A DNA stretch of 64,000 nt from Candidatus Micrarchaeota archaeon (GCA_043812915.1 JBDRLQ010000001.1:28019-92018); one strand, 5' to 3'; positions 38,054 to 47,984 are shown, numbered from the stretch's first letter. Program-made: numbers and translations. Notes: generated by a model not told the origin, from the sequence alone.

Positions 38054-38872
38054 TTATGCGACGAATTCCCCGCGCTCTTTTATCCAGCTTATCAGGATGT
38101 CGGCCAGCCTCTCTTCATGCTCATGGAAGTGGTGGTCCGCCCCGCCCTCGACAAGCGCCTGGCAGCTTGGCATGTTCCACATAAGCTTCTTCGCCTTTTC
38201 CTTCGGATTTTCATTATATGCGCTCTTGGAGCCAAAGATGATCAGGCAGTCCCTTTCGAGGGAGCCAAGAATCCCAAGGTCCCCCCCAAAATCGAACAGC
38301 CCGCCCTCCGTTTCATCTGGGCTGAACATGCTCAGGAACCTGGCGGCGCTTATTTTTCCGCCGACCTGCGCCCACCCGGGCATCATCCTATTGCCATTCT
38401 TCCTGGCAAGCAAGATTGCCTCTCCATACCGCTCCCCAAGCTCCCTTTTTGCAAGTGCGGCATCGTCGGTCGGCTCAAGAAGCGCCATCCCCTCAACGCG
38501 TCCATCCCTCTTCTTATGCCAGTAATACGCGGCTTTCTGGCAGCCCGTGCTGTGCCCTAGCAGGAACGCCTTGCCATAGCCCCTCGCCTCCATGAATGAC
38601 ACCGCAGCTTCAATGTCAAGTATGCAATCCTCAAAATTCTCAGTCGCGCCCTTCTCCCCTGCGCCGCGGTTGGAAAAGGCAAGGAATCCGATGTCCTCCC
38701 CTTCGCATTTTTCAGCAATGACTTCCGCGAAACGCTCTGTTCCTGCATCATCCTTCCAGCCATGGATGAAGACCATCCCGCTTTTCGGGGCTGCCTTTTT
38801 CTTTTGGGCCTTTCCGAAGAAACGGCAATCCAGCTCAAGCCCGTCGGCAGTCCTGATTTTTACGCTCTCCAT
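38054..38872 (-). CDS. Alpha/beta hydrolase (DUF1749-like)
   Basis: FIHG, E.FEDC..DI, GHSTGCQ nucleophile elbow, GADH; start at MESVK. Confidence 0.85.
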   Translation of the reverse strand: MESVKIRTADGLELDCRFFGKAQKKKAAPKSGMVFIHGWKDDAGTERFAEVIAEKCEGEDIGFLAFSNRGAGEKGATENFEDCILDIEAAVSFMEARGYGKAFLLGHSTGCQKAAYYWHKKRDGRVEGMALLEPTDDAALAKRELGERYGEAILLARKNGNRMMPGWAQVGGKISAARFLSMFSPDETEGGLFDFGGDLGILGSLERDCLIIFGSKSAYNENPKEKAKKLMWNMPSCQALVEGGADHHFHEHEERLADILISWIKERGEFVA

Positions 38873-38903
38873 CCGAATCACTCTCAGAATAAGTGAATTA
38901 AAC

Positions 38904-38974
38904 GGCAACTCGGCAGCTACTCTTCTCGTCATTGCCTTGCGGCTGATGCCTGGGGCAGTATCCTCATTGTTGCC
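38904..38974 (-). ncRNA. Candidate box C/D sRNA
   Basis: Terminal stem GGCAAC/GUUGCC; C-like AUGAGGA; GCC-GCAA-GGC hairpin; C' AUGACGA; D-like CCGA; D' box poorly conserved. Confidence 0.6.
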
Positions 38975-39007
38975 ATACAACTAACACATTCCGGCTTTAT
39001 AATCCTA

Positions 39008-39328
39008 TCAGCGGTACGAATCCGACGGCGCATCGGGCACTGGAGGCTGCGGGGGCATCTGCGGCATCATCCCCTGGGGCATCATCGGCACCTTGGCGAT
39101 GCGGATCCTCATCTTGGAATTGAGCAGGATAATTATTCCAATCACCAGAAGCGCGGCCCCGATGCCGGCCTCCCCAATCCCCGGAATCTCTATGAAATCA
39201 TTAAGGAATTTCGCCATTCCAAGAAGGAGGAATACGAATCCGACCAGCAGAAGCACATCCGCCGCCATTGTTGCGGCCGCTGATTTCAGAATATTCGGAA
39301 CCTGGACATTGGATTTTTTCTCTGCCAT
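39008..39328 (-). CDS. Small two-TM membrane protein with Pro/Met-rich tail
   Basis: Two hydrophobic helices; GAGG RBS; directly downstream of the deaminase gene. Confidence 0.75.
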   Translation of the reverse strand: MAEKKSNVQVPNILKSAAATMAADVLLLVGFVFLLLGMAKFLNDFIEIPGIGEAGIGAALLVIGIIILLNSKMRIRIAKVPMMPQGMMPQMPPQPPVPDAPSDSYR

Positions 39329-39337
39329 GGGTATACC

Positions 39338-40345
39338 TCACTCTACTTTGTGCTGCCTCACTTTCACGCCGGCTTCCTTAAGGAGCCGCATCGGCGTTTC
39401 AGCAATGGGGTACTGGACATTGTAAACGACCTCCAGTATCCCGGCGTTGATAATCATCTTCGTGCACATGAGGCACGGTGAGAATGTGGTGTAAATCGTA
39501 GAGTCCTTTATCGAAACCCCATGGTAGGACGCCTGCACAATCGCGTTCTCCTCCCCATGGCTGCACAGGCAGTCATCAAGGTTCTTGCCAGATTCAGCGT
39601 AGCTGTTGCACCTCGGGCATCCGCCCTCATCACAGTTCGCTGTCCCACGCGGAGTCCCGTTATATCCGGTCGAGATAATCCTCTTGTCCTTAACGATTAT
39701 GGCCGCGACCTTCCTCTTGACGCAGTTGCTGCGGCTTGCAACTTCTTTTGCTATATTCATGAAATAGTCATCCCAGCTCGGTCTCCCCACCTTGAATTCC
39801 TCGGAAATCCCCCCAAGCAGCCTGTCCACATTGTCATAAAGTTCCTGGAGGTCAACATCATTCATAAGCTTCCTGTCCGCATGGGAGAAGGCACCGACCA
39901 GGTTCTGCTTGGTCCTCTCCTCATTCTCCATCTCCAGCTTCTCGATTTCCTTGAAAGAATCCAGCGTGTTCGGGTCCTCCTCCCTGCCGCGCGCCTTCAT
40001 CCTCTCAAACCTTATTTCAGCCGGCGCGGTAACATGCACCAGCACGAATCCCTTGATTTTTTTGAGCTCTTCAACTTCAATTGGGTTCCTGATGGAATCG
40101 ATGACATAGTTCCTGTCCTTCTGGATTTTGAGGGTAGTCTTTGTCGCAAGAATGGCTGGCCCGAACTTCTCCCGCAGTTCATTGCCCTTCTCAATCAGGT
40201 TCTGCCTTGTCAATTCCTTGCCATCTGCCTTCAGCTCCTCCCTTATAATATCCGATAGTGAGAGGTAGTAGAAGCTCTTCTTCTGCAGGTATTCTGCAAC
40301 CGTCCCTTTCCCCGCGCAGTTCTCTCCCGTCAACCCTATTATCAT
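39338..40345 (-). CDS. P-loop kinase-like domain fused to dCMP deaminase
   Basis: N-terminal IIGLTGENCAGKGT; C-terminal RPSWDDYFM, GYNG.P.G, HGEENAI, PCLMC zinc motifs. Confidence 0.9.
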   Translation of the reverse strand: MIIGLTGENCAGKGTVAEYLQKKSFYYLSLSDIIREELKADGKELTRQNLIEKGNELREKFGPAILATKTTLKIQKDRNYVIDSIRNPIEVEELKKIKGFVLVHVTAPAEIRFERMKARGREEDPNTLDSFKEIEKLEMENEERTKQNLVGAFSHADRKLMNDVDLQELYDNVDRLLGGISEEFKVGRPSWDDYFMNIAKEVASRSNCVKRKVAAIIVKDKRIISTGYNGTPRGTANCDEGGCPRCNSYAESGKNLDDCLCSHGEENAIVQASYHGVSIKDSTIYTTFSPCLMCTKMIINAGILEVVYNVQYPIAETPMRLLKEAGVKVRQHKVE

Positions 40346-40402
40346 TTGATCACGTCAAAATTCGATAATGCATTATCTCCCAGAAAAGATAAAAGCATAT
40401 CT

Positions 40403-40858
40403 TCAAGCAGGGGGGTTGTACAGCACGATGATTGCGGATCCCAGCAATATCATTATCAGACCTAAAATCTTCAGGAAGATTCTATACAATCCGGATCCAA
40501 AAAGCCCCTGGAACAGGCCCGCAAAGAGGCCTGCCTTCGGAATCCGCAGACCCCGGGCAAGCTTCACATCCTTACCCAATGCCCTCTTCCTCTCATCCTC
40601 GCTCATTTCGATTATCTCCTTTGTCATCTGGAAGTATCTGGAGAGAGTTTTGGTGATCGTAGAGACATATACCAGTGCGATTCCCCCGATCACGAAACAA
40701 ACGAAGGCAAAGGCCTTCATGAACAGTGCATTTCTGGTGATACCTGCGGCCACAAGCGATACGAGGATCAAGAAACTCAGTGCGTATTTCATGATCATCC
40801 AGTTATTCGCCGTCTTTGATATTCTCCAATACTTCTCTGCAAAACTTTCCTTTGCCAT
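40403..40858 (-). CDS. Hypothetical membrane protein
   Basis: Several TM segments; start at MAKESF just after the upstream small ORF. Confidence 0.6.
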   Translation of the reverse strand: MAKESFAEKYWRISKTANNWMIMKYALSFLILVSLVAAGITRNALFMKAFAFVCFVIGGIALVYVSTITKTLSRYFQMTKEIIEMSEDERKRALGKDVKLARGLRIPKAGLFAGLFQGLFGSGLYRIFLKILGLIMILLGSAIIVLYNPPA

Positions 40859-40868
40859 AGGATCAGCG

Positions 40869-41024
40869 TCATTCCTTCTCAAGCTTTTTCTTCAGGTCTT
40901 CGATCTCTGCATGGAGTGCTTTGTCACGCTTAAGCGAATCTCTTCTGGCCTTCACCTCAAGCTCCTCTAGCCTTCTTTTCAGGTTTGCCTTTTTCCTTGA
41001 AAGGTCTTTTTTGCTTAATCCCAT
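40869..41024 (-). CDS. Small basic coiled-coil protein (51 aa, MGLSKKDLSRKKANL...)
   Basis: Manually translated; strong GGTGAGG RBS; below the ORF-track length cutoff. Confidence 0.7.
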   Translation of the reverse strand: MGLSKKDLSRKKANLKRRLEELEVKARRDSLKRDKALHAEIEDLKKKLEKE

Positions 41025-41106
41025 AACCTCACCATCAAGGCTCCACGGACTTAATCTATGTAAAGATTTCCCCCGGACATACCAGATCCCCGTAACCGTC
41101 CCAGGC

Positions 41107-42771
41107 TCAGCCGAAAATCAGGAAGTTCCCTGCTCCAAGTATGGCTCCGAGAAGCGCAAAAACAATATAGAAAACCGGCAGGTAGGCGATTATAGCTCCT
41201 GAGTATTTCGGACTCATGTTTATCATCAGGTCCCCTACAACAAAGAGATTTGCTGCAAATGGCAGGACCAGGAAAAACAGGGAAGCGGCCTTTGCAGCTG
41301 TTACAATGTCCGGACTGCTGCTCCCGACCATGAAAGCCATTCCGATGAACGATGCTATCAGCAATATGGGTGCAAACGCATTGGCTATTCCTGCTCCACC
41401 GACAACACGGTTGATTAGTATGTATGCCGCGATTGTTACAACCGGCAGTACGGCCAGCATGATAAGCATGTCTGCTCCTTCAAAGGTCAGGGCCAGGGTC
41501 GATGCCGAAGGGGCCAGGCCCAGCATCACTATGAACATGAGAAGCGCCAGCTTCGGGGGCGTAACGAAGAACAGGATTATGGCGACCAATCCCCTGAGTA
41601 TTCTCATCGGCATGTCTGTCTGGATGAAATAGGTCCAGCCGAATAAAACCAGGGGCAAGACAAATGCCAGGATGAATGCCAGGTCGGTGCTGACATACTC
41701 CTGTATAAGGCCAGTATTCATGGCCACGAGCCACATCAGGAACCCGAAGATGATCACAACAAGGATCCCGCTTACTCTTACGCCAGTTTCACCGGACGTA
41801 GCTACCTTGGTCCCATGGGCTTTTGGGTTTCTGCTCAGGTCTTTTATCTGTTCAGCAGTGCTTTCTGATTCTTCGGTGTAGCCGTATTCTTTCTGCCGTT
41901 TGTATATCTGTTTCCATACGCCCAGCATCCAATTCAGGTCGCCCTTCTCCTTCGAAGCGTCAATGGCTTTCTGGAAAGTCCCATTCGCCTCTTTCCTGTA
42001 TCCAAGTTTGCCCATTTCCTCTCCTATGGATACCAGGTCCCAGGTGCGGTTGAACGGATCCTTGAATCTCTGTGTGGCTTCGGTTGCATTTGCAAAGCTT
42101 GCCTTTGCATCGGCATCCTTTCCTTTTTTCGCCTGTGCCGCCGCTATCTTTAGCCAGGTTTGTGAAATGATGGTCGCGTCATTGTCGCTTCCGGCCAGCC
42201 GGTTCAATGCAGTGTCAGGAACATTGAGCTTCGGCATCAGTTCAAGCGCCTTGCCGATTTTCCCCTGCTCTGCATAGGCAGAGATGATTTCGGAATAAAC
42301 CAGAGCCCGGTCAAAATCATTTTTTAATTTGGGTATTTCTTCCAGCGCATCCTCCACGAAACCTGCAGAGGCCATCTCGCAGACAATCTGCTTCCGTGCT
42401 TCCGAAATCCCCAATCCAAGTGCGGCCTTGAACCCTTCCTTTGCCTCTTTCTTCAGTCCGACCCTTGCAGCTGTTGCTGACATGCTGCTCCTGGTAAGAG
42501 CCAGTTCATACTTGCTTCCCTTTATATCTTTACTAAGTGCAAGTGCCATGGCATTTTTGATGAGTCCACGCCCGTCCTTTTTCAGACCCTCCTCAAAGAG
42601 CTTCTCTCCGATGCCGCACTGTATGAATGCCTTTTCACCCATATCACGGTTCTTCGGGAAAATCTCCAGCGCCTTCAGGAAAAGCTTCTTCGCTTCTTTC
42701 CCCTTCCCCCTTTGCAATAAGTCTGACGCCTCGTCATAGAGTTTCTGGTATGGTTCTCCTTTCTTTGCCAT
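41107..42771 (-). CDS. TPR-like helical repeat protein with C-terminal multi-TM domain
   Basis: Repeated A..(F)..A/G...EA helical pairs, then ~7 hydrophobic segments. Confidence 0.7.
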   Translation of the reverse strand: MAKKGEPYQKLYDEASDLLQRGKGKEAKKLFLKALEIFPKNRDMGEKAFIQCGIGEKLFEEGLKKDGRGLIKNAMALALSKDIKGSKYELALTRSSMSATAARVGLKKEAKEGFKAALGLGISEARKQIVCEMASAGFVEDALEEIPKLKNDFDRALVYSEIISAYAEQGKIGKALELMPKLNVPDTALNRLAGSDNDATIISQTWLKIAAAQAKKGKDADAKASFANATEATQRFKDPFNRTWDLVSIGEEMGKLGYRKEANGTFQKAIDASKEKGDLNWMLGVWKQIYKRQKEYGYTEESESTAEQIKDLSRNPKAHGTKVATSGETGVRVSGILVVIIFGFLMWLVAMNTGLIQEYVSTDLAFILAFVLPLVLFGWTYFIQTDMPMRILRGLVAIILFFVTPPKLALLMFIVMLGLAPSASTLALTFEGADMLIMLAVLPVVTIAAYILINRVVGGAGIANAFAPILLIASFIGMAFMVGSSSPDIVTAAKAASLFFLVLPFAANLFVVGDLMINMSPKYSGAIIAYLPVFYIVFALLGAILGAGNFLIFG

Positions 42772-42847
42772 GGATTTTCATATTTGTCAATCAGGAAAGC
42801 ATTAAATGCGTGTGTCTGGAAAATGCCACCTGCTCATGTTTGCAAAA

Positions 42848-42921
42848 CGCCCTTGCAGGGATTCGAACCCTGGCCCCAGGCTCCGGAAGCCCGCATCCTA
42901 TCCAAGCTAGACTACAAGGGC
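42848..42921 (-). tRNA. tRNA-Arg(CCG), CCA not encoded
   Basis: Acceptor GCCCUUG/CAAGGGC, anticodon loop UUCCGGA, T arm CAGGG-UUCGAAU-CCCUG. Confidence 0.95.
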
Positions 42922-42924
42922 GCA

Positions 42925-44670
42925 TTAGAATGAGTGCTTCTTCAGCATCTTCTTTGTCTGCGCAAAAAGCTCCTTCTCAACATCCGAGAGCAGGCTGATC
43001 TGCCCGTCCCATTTCACCATCTCATCCTTTGTCATATATACATAAAGGACATCGTCTTCCTTGACATCCTTCCCGAAAATTACCCCGTCGCATGAAATCG
43101 CAAGCTGCATCGGAGGCTTGGCATCACTGACCTTCTCCTTGTCATGCTGCATGCCCTTAAGCTCGGTCAAAACCACGCCATTCTTGTTCATCAGCCGCCA
43201 GCCGTTCTTTATCTTGCCCTCCAGCACCTCAATACCGAATATGGCCGGCTTTGAAACTCGGAAGCAGAATCCCTCGAGCACCTTTATCTTTCCTGGCCAG
43301 GGGAATTTTGCCTCCATCTCCTTCTTCTCGGCGCCTTTCATCTCCTGTATCCATTCCTGGTACTGCTCCAGAGCGCGGTAGATGACATCGCTCCATATGA
43401 TTCTTATGCCCGAGTCCTTGCTCTCGACCCTGGCCTCATCAAGAATCGGGACATTGAATCCGATTACCACGCCCCTGTACTTGTCCTCCTCGCGGACGAC
43501 TTTGGCGGCAAGGACATCCCTGCGGGTTATCTTTCCGACACCCGCGTATTTGACCGGGATTTCAGCTTCTTTCAGCAGCGCCGTTAGCGCCTCAACTGAG
43601 CCGAGGGAATCAGCGCGCAGTATCACGCCCGCCTCGTCCTTCTGCACGAGCACGTTCTTGAATTGCGCTTCAATCGCCTTCTTGTCCTTCTCAAAGTCGA
43701 TGACTGCCTCAATCGGGGAGCCCGGAAGCGCTTTCTCCAGCCCCGGCGCGAATATCTTCACTCCCGCTGCGGCAACGACGCTCTCAATGTTCGCGAACCT
43801 TTCGGTTCCTCCCTTCATGTTCGGCTCCAGAAGGCCCCTTATCTTGGTCCTTGCAACCCCCTCGGCAGTGAGGAACATGACTTCGTCATTCTTCTTTAGC
43901 AGCCCGTCATAGAGAATGACATCGACGGTCGCGCCAAGCCCTTTCTCGTCTTTGACCTCGATGATGCTTCCCTTGCCTCTTCCTGTTTCCTCAATCCCGA
44001 GCCTTCCCTCAAGGAATTTCTGGCTGAGGCCGGCAATGAGGACAAGAAGGTCAGAGAGCCCCTCCTTGTTCTTTCCGCTTGTCGGGATTATCCCGACAGC
44101 CTTGGAGAAATCCTCCACCCGGTCGAACCTCTCGCTGTCAAATCCGTATTCGGATAGTTTGCCCATCAGCCCATAGAGCTTCTCATCAAGCCTCTGCCTG
44201 ATGTGCTCCGGCTGCTTGGCAAGCGAGCTCAGGAACGACTCCCCCTTGTAGCTCTTCCACCCGCCCAAAGCGTCAATCTTGTTGGCGGCGACGATGAACG
44301 GGGTCTTGTACTGCTTGAGAATCTTTATGCTCTCGATTGTCTGCGGCTTGAAGCCCTCGGTGACATCAACAACCAGAATCGCGATGTCCGCTATGCTCCC
44401 TCCCCGTTCCCTCAGGTTTGTGAAGGCCTCATGCCCCGGGGTATCAATGAAAAGCAGACCTGGTATCGTGAGATTGAGCTTCATCTTCTGGGCCATCTCA
44501 CCGGCAACAGAATCAATGGTCGCCTTCTTCACATAGCTCGCGCCAATCATCTGCGTTATCCCGCCGGCCTCTTTGGCGGCGACGCTTGTCCCCCGGATAG
44601 CGTCAAGGATTGTCGACTTGCCATGGTCAACATGGCCAAGCACAGCGACTATGGGTGAGCGTATTAACAT
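42925..44670 (-). CDS. infB: Translation initiation factor aIF5B (IF-2)
   Basis: IRSPIVAVLGHVDHGKS, EAGGITQ.IGA, DTPGHEAF.NLR.RGG, NKID. Confidence 0.97.
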   Translation of the reverse strand: MLIRSPIVAVLGHVDHGKSTILDAIRGTSVAAKEAGGITQMIGASYVKKATIDSVAGEMAQKMKLNLTIPGLLFIDTPGHEAFTNLRERGGSIADIAILVVDVTEGFKPQTIESIKILKQYKTPFIVAANKIDALGGWKSYKGESFLSSLAKQPEHIRQRLDEKLYGLMGKLSEYGFDSERFDRVEDFSKAVGIIPTSGKNKEGLSDLLVLIAGLSQKFLEGRLGIEETGRGKGSIIEVKDEKGLGATVDVILYDGLLKKNDEVMFLTAEGVARTKIRGLLEPNMKGGTERFANIESVVAAAGVKIFAPGLEKALPGSPIEAVIDFEKDKKAIEAQFKNVLVQKDEAGVILRADSLGSVEALTALLKEAEIPVKYAGVGKITRRDVLAAKVVREEDKYRGVVIGFNVPILDEARVESKDSGIRIIWSDVIYRALEQYQEWIQEMKGAEKKEMEAKFPWPGKIKVLEGFCFRVSKPAIFGIEVLEGKIKNGWRLMNKNGVVLTELKGMQHDKEKVSDAKPPMQLAISCDGVIFGKDVKEDDVLYVYMTKDEMVKWDGQISLLSDVEKELFAQTKKMLKKHSF

Positions 44671-44875
44671 CTGAAACACCAAAACTCGTTTCTCCTGTAT
44701 TGCTACTGAGGATTAATGAATAAATAGGTATGGGAGGCGCCTGTTTTCTGGCCGGATGGCTTCGGGTCCTGCAGTCCTCTATCCCCAACGGATATCCCGG
44801 TGCTCAGCATACATTTATAAACATTTATCAACACTATCTATACAGGCATTACACAGTGACTACAAGGCGACAAGC

Positions 44876-45118
44876 ATGCAAGAGATTCTGACGCACATCC
44901 ACGGCCTATCAAGCAAGAGGGCGGCAGTGAGGAAAAAGGCAATCAAGGGCCTGAGGAAGCACCTAACGCGCGAGAAGGGCCACCTGGCGAGGCTGGCGCT
45001 GCACTATGTCGCGCACCATGACCCGAGCTACTGCGTGAGGAACCTTGCGAGGCAGGCATTCTATCTGGAAGGCACAAATCCCGAAAACCACATCTGGGAG
45101 CGGACATACGGATTCTAA
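44876..45118 (+). CDS. Small HEAT-repeat-like protein
   Basis: L......VRKKAIK.L and DP...VR..AR.A pattern; start at MQEIL. Confidence 0.65.
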   Translation: MQEILTHIHGLSSKRAAVRKKAIKGLRKHLTREKGHLARLALHYVAHHDPSYCVRNLARQAFYLEGTNPENHIWERTYGF

Positions 45119-45181
45119 TTTTTTCGAAACTGATATTAATCTCATGGGCGAGTTGTGTGCATCAGGTTCATCGGTGTGCAT

Positions 45182-46384
45182 ATGCCAAAGCGGAATATCG
45201 TAGTGGAAGAAGGGGATTATGTCCCTGTTTTCAGGCGCGAGGTTGAGCTGGTTGAGAGAAAGGGCCTTGGGCATCCCGATTCCCTGATTGATGGGGTGAT
45301 GGAGAACATCAGCCGCGAGCTTTCCCGGGAGTACCTTGCCAAGTTCGGCAAAATCCTCCACCACAATGTTGACAAGGGCCAGATATGCGGAGGCGGCACA
45401 AGGGTCGAGTTCGGAGGCGGGCTGTTCACAAAGCCGATATTCATCCTCCTTAGCGGCCGCGCCACCGAGAAAGCTGACGGAAAGACAATCCCGGTACAGC
45501 ATATCGCCAAAGAGGCGGCCCTCAACTACATGAAAAAGACCGTTCGGCACCTTGATGTCTCTGCCGATGTTGAAATCGAATCCAGGATTTCTCCTGGCTC
45601 AGCCGATTTGGTCGATTTGTTCCTGCGCGGCCCGGCGATCCAGTTCTCAAACGATACCAGTTTCGGTACCGGGTTTGCCCCATACAGCGATTTGGAGCGC
45701 CTGGTGCTTGAGACCGAGACGCACCTCAATTCAGATGCCTACAAGTCCTCGCACTCGGAAGTAGGCGAGGACATAAAGGTGATGGGTCTCCGGGAAAAGG
45801 ACAAAATCAAGCTCACTGTCGCATGCGCATTCATCTCAAAGCATCTGAATGACATTGAAGCATATGTGAAGGCAAAGGAAAGGGTAAAGAAGGACATTGG
45901 GAAGAACGCGGAGAAACTCACTGACATGGATGTTGAGGTCTTCCTGAACACTGCGGATGACATCAAGAAGGAATCTGTATACATCACATTAAGCGGAACA
46001 AGCGCCGAGATGGGCGATGACGGCTCGGTAGGGCGGGGCAATAGGGTTAGCGGCCTGATTACCCCATTCCGGAGCATGAGCCTGGAAGCTGCAGCCGGAA
46101 AGAACCCGGTGAACCATGTGGGCAAGATATATTCGGTGCTGGCGCAGGAGATGGCGCATGGGATTGCGGAGGAAGTAAAAGGAGTTGAGGATGCCACAAT
46201 CACGCTGCTCTCCCAGATAGGAAAGCCGGTGGACCAGCCCAGGGTGGCATCTGCATCCGTGATACTGGACGGGGCTGATTTCGCAAAGGCAAGGGGCAAG
46301 ATTCAGTATGTAATCGACCAGCGCCTGGAGAACATAACCGATGTCACGCACCGGATTGTCGAGGGGAAAGTGCGGGTATTCTAA
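45182..46384 (+). CDS. mat: Archaeal-type S-adenosylmethionine synthetase
   Basis: VERKGLGHPD, LHHNVDK, NDTSFG, GEDIKVMG, GDDG.VGRGNR, EAAAGKNP..HVGK. Confidence 0.96.
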   Translation: MPKRNIVVEEGDYVPVFRREVELVERKGLGHPDSLIDGVMENISRELSREYLAKFGKILHHNVDKGQICGGGTRVEFGGGLFTKPIFILLSGRATEKADGKTIPVQHIAKEAALNYMKKTVRHLDVSADVEIESRISPGSADLVDLFLRGPAIQFSNDTSFGTGFAPYSDLERLVLETETHLNSDAYKSSHSEVGEDIKVMGLREKDKIKLTVACAFISKHLNDIEAYVKAKERVKKDIGKNAEKLTDMDVEVFLNTADDIKKESVYITLSGTSAEMGDDGSVGRGNRVSGLITPFRSMSLEAAAGKNPVNHVGKIYSVLAQEMAHGIAEEVKGVEDATITLLSQIGKPVDQPRVASASVILDGADFAKARGKIQYVIDQRLENITDVTHRIVEGKVRVF

Positions 46385-46440
46385 TTTATAAACATTACTT
46401 TCCATTAGTAATCTCATAACTTGCTTTCAGTCAGATTAAG

Positions 46441-47037
46441 GTGAATCTTATGAGCGGTCCGACAACAAAAAAAACAATGGCCTCCAGCGAGATTGGCAGG
46501 GGGACCCGGGCGTATCCAACCCCGCTTCCAAAAACCGATGGCAACGCGCCAGGCATAAGGGAGATACTTAGCGGAAAGTCGGTTCTTTTTGTCATGAGCA
46601 GGAAGGAGAAGAAAGCCTCAAGGGCCCTGCCAGTGGACATTGATAACCTTGGCGCCGGGGTGAACTGCAGGTTAGCCGGCTTCGGTGAATTGAAGCGGGA
46701 CCTTGCAGAAATCCTGAAGGGCGGAGTCCCACCCGAGCATGTCCTCAAGGCAGATGTGATTATATTCAAGAGCAGGGGCATCCTAGCAAGCCCCCGCGGG
46801 CTTGGCCAGCTATGCGAAGTGCTGGATGTTCTAAAGAAAAAAATGCCTTCGGCTGCAATGGTCCTGCATGTTGCCGATCTTGACGGATTCCACAAAGTTG
46901 CACGTGCGATGGTGGAGCGCAAGGTCCACAGCCTGCATTTCATACCGGAGACTCCTGGCATGAGCAACACGGACCTTGATATCGACCTTCTCCGTCAGGG
47001 TGCGAATGCACTCCGGCTTATGAAGGCCCAGAATTAG
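46441..47037 (+). CDS. Hypothetical protein (possible degenerate receiver-like alpha/beta fold)
   Basis: 198-aa ORF after AGGTG; alternating VLFV / DVIIF / MVLHV strands. Confidence 0.5.
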   Translation: MNLMSGPTTKKTMASSEIGRGTRAYPTPLPKTDGNAPGIREILSGKSVLFVMSRKEKKASRALPVDIDNLGAGVNCRLAGFGELKRDLAEILKGGVPPEHVLKADVIIFKSRGILASPRGLGQLCEVLDVLKKKMPSAAMVLHVADLDGFHKVARAMVERKVHSLHFIPETPGMSNTDLDIDLLRQGANALRLMKAQN

Positions 47038-47077
47038 CCTTTTTATTTTTATCCTATCAAGAGTTAGTCTCACTTTA

Positions 47078-47150
47078 GGGCTCGTAGTCGAATGGTTAAG
47101 ACACTACCTTGACATGGTAGGGATTCGCGGTTCGATCCCGCGCGGGCCCA
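47078..47150 (+). tRNA. tRNA-Val(GAC), CCA not encoded
   Basis: Acceptor GGGCUCG/CGGGCCC, anticodon arm CUACC-UUGACAU-GGUAG, T arm CGCGG-UUCGAUC-CCGCG. Confidence 0.95.
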
Positions 47151-47186
47151 CTCTGATTTTTATTATTTGATGATGCAGTCCCATCC

Positions 47187-47510
47187 ATGGCCAAAACAGT
47201 TGATGAATATTTAGAGAAACAGAAATCCCCGCAGAAGGAAATCTGCAAGAAGCTAAGAAAAATTATCCTGAAGACTTTTCCTGAGATTAATGAGGAGATG
47301 AGGCTTGGAGTCCCCTATTATGAGGGCAAGTTCTACATAGTTGCCTTGAAGGATCATGTCAATCTTGGGGTTTCCCTGAAAGGGCTAACAAAAGACGAGA
47401 TTGCACTATTCGAAGGCGCCGGAAAGACCATGAAACACTTGAAGTTCGCTTCATTAAAGGAAATTGATGCGAAGAAAATCGTAAAATTACTAAAACTGGC
47501 AAAGAAATAG
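47187..47510 (+). CDS. DUF1801 (YdhG-like) protein
   Basis: VDEY......Q.....LR.II....P...E...GVP.Y, KDHVNLG, G.GK.M.H.K. Confidence 0.85.
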   Translation: MAKTVDEYLEKQKSPQKEICKKLRKIILKTFPEINEEMRLGVPYYEGKFYIVALKDHVNLGVSLKGLTKDEIALFEGAGKTMKHLKFASLKEIDAKKIVKLLKLAKK

Positions 47511-47513
47511 CGC

Positions 47514-47984
47514 CTATCCTATTGGCGCATATATCTCAGTCAGAATCTCTTCTTTCGGAACTTCGTGAGGGTCATTGAGGTAAACTTCCCTAATCGGCCC
47601 GGCTATCCTCTTGCCATTCTCTTTCAGCCATGCAAATAGCTTGTCATAGGTCGGCTTGCACTCTTCGTAAGGTCCTTTGTGCGCTATCTTCGCCATCTTG
47701 CCGCCAGGAAGCCTGTAGCACCTGATTTCATCAGTCCCCCCAAGCTCCACCTCCACCGGAACGCAGACCTCGACATCGGCGTCCTTGTTCTTGTCAGCCT
47801 CAATCGCTTCCTGCTCGCTCATCTCATGGCACAGGAACATCGGCGGCCCGGCTATCCTGGCCTTCTTCTCCATCAGGTGCAGGAATATTCCCTTGAGCAT
47901 CTGGGGAATCTGCTGGTACGGGCCTCTCCTTCTCATCCCCATAACAATCTGGGGTTTAATCTCAACAACAGTGATTTCCTCCAT
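47514..47984 (-). CDS. GyrI-like small-molecule-binding domain protein
   Basis: GPP, LPGGKMA..HKGPYE, Y..L..W..ENG, GP.REVYL.DP, TEI..P. Confidence 0.9.
   Translation of the reverse strand: MEEITVVEIKPQIVMGMRRRGPYQQIPQMLKGIFLHLMEKKARIAGPPMFLCHEMSEQEAIEADKNKDADVEVCVPVEVELGGTDEIRCYRLPGGKMAKIAHKGPYEECKPTYDKLFAWLKENGKRIAGPIREVYLNDPHEVPKEEILTEIYAPIG

Noticed and set aside
47150..47984. Possible island after tRNA-Val
   Set aside because: Slightly AT-rich DUF1801 gene, but no repeat of the tRNA 3' end and no integrase found
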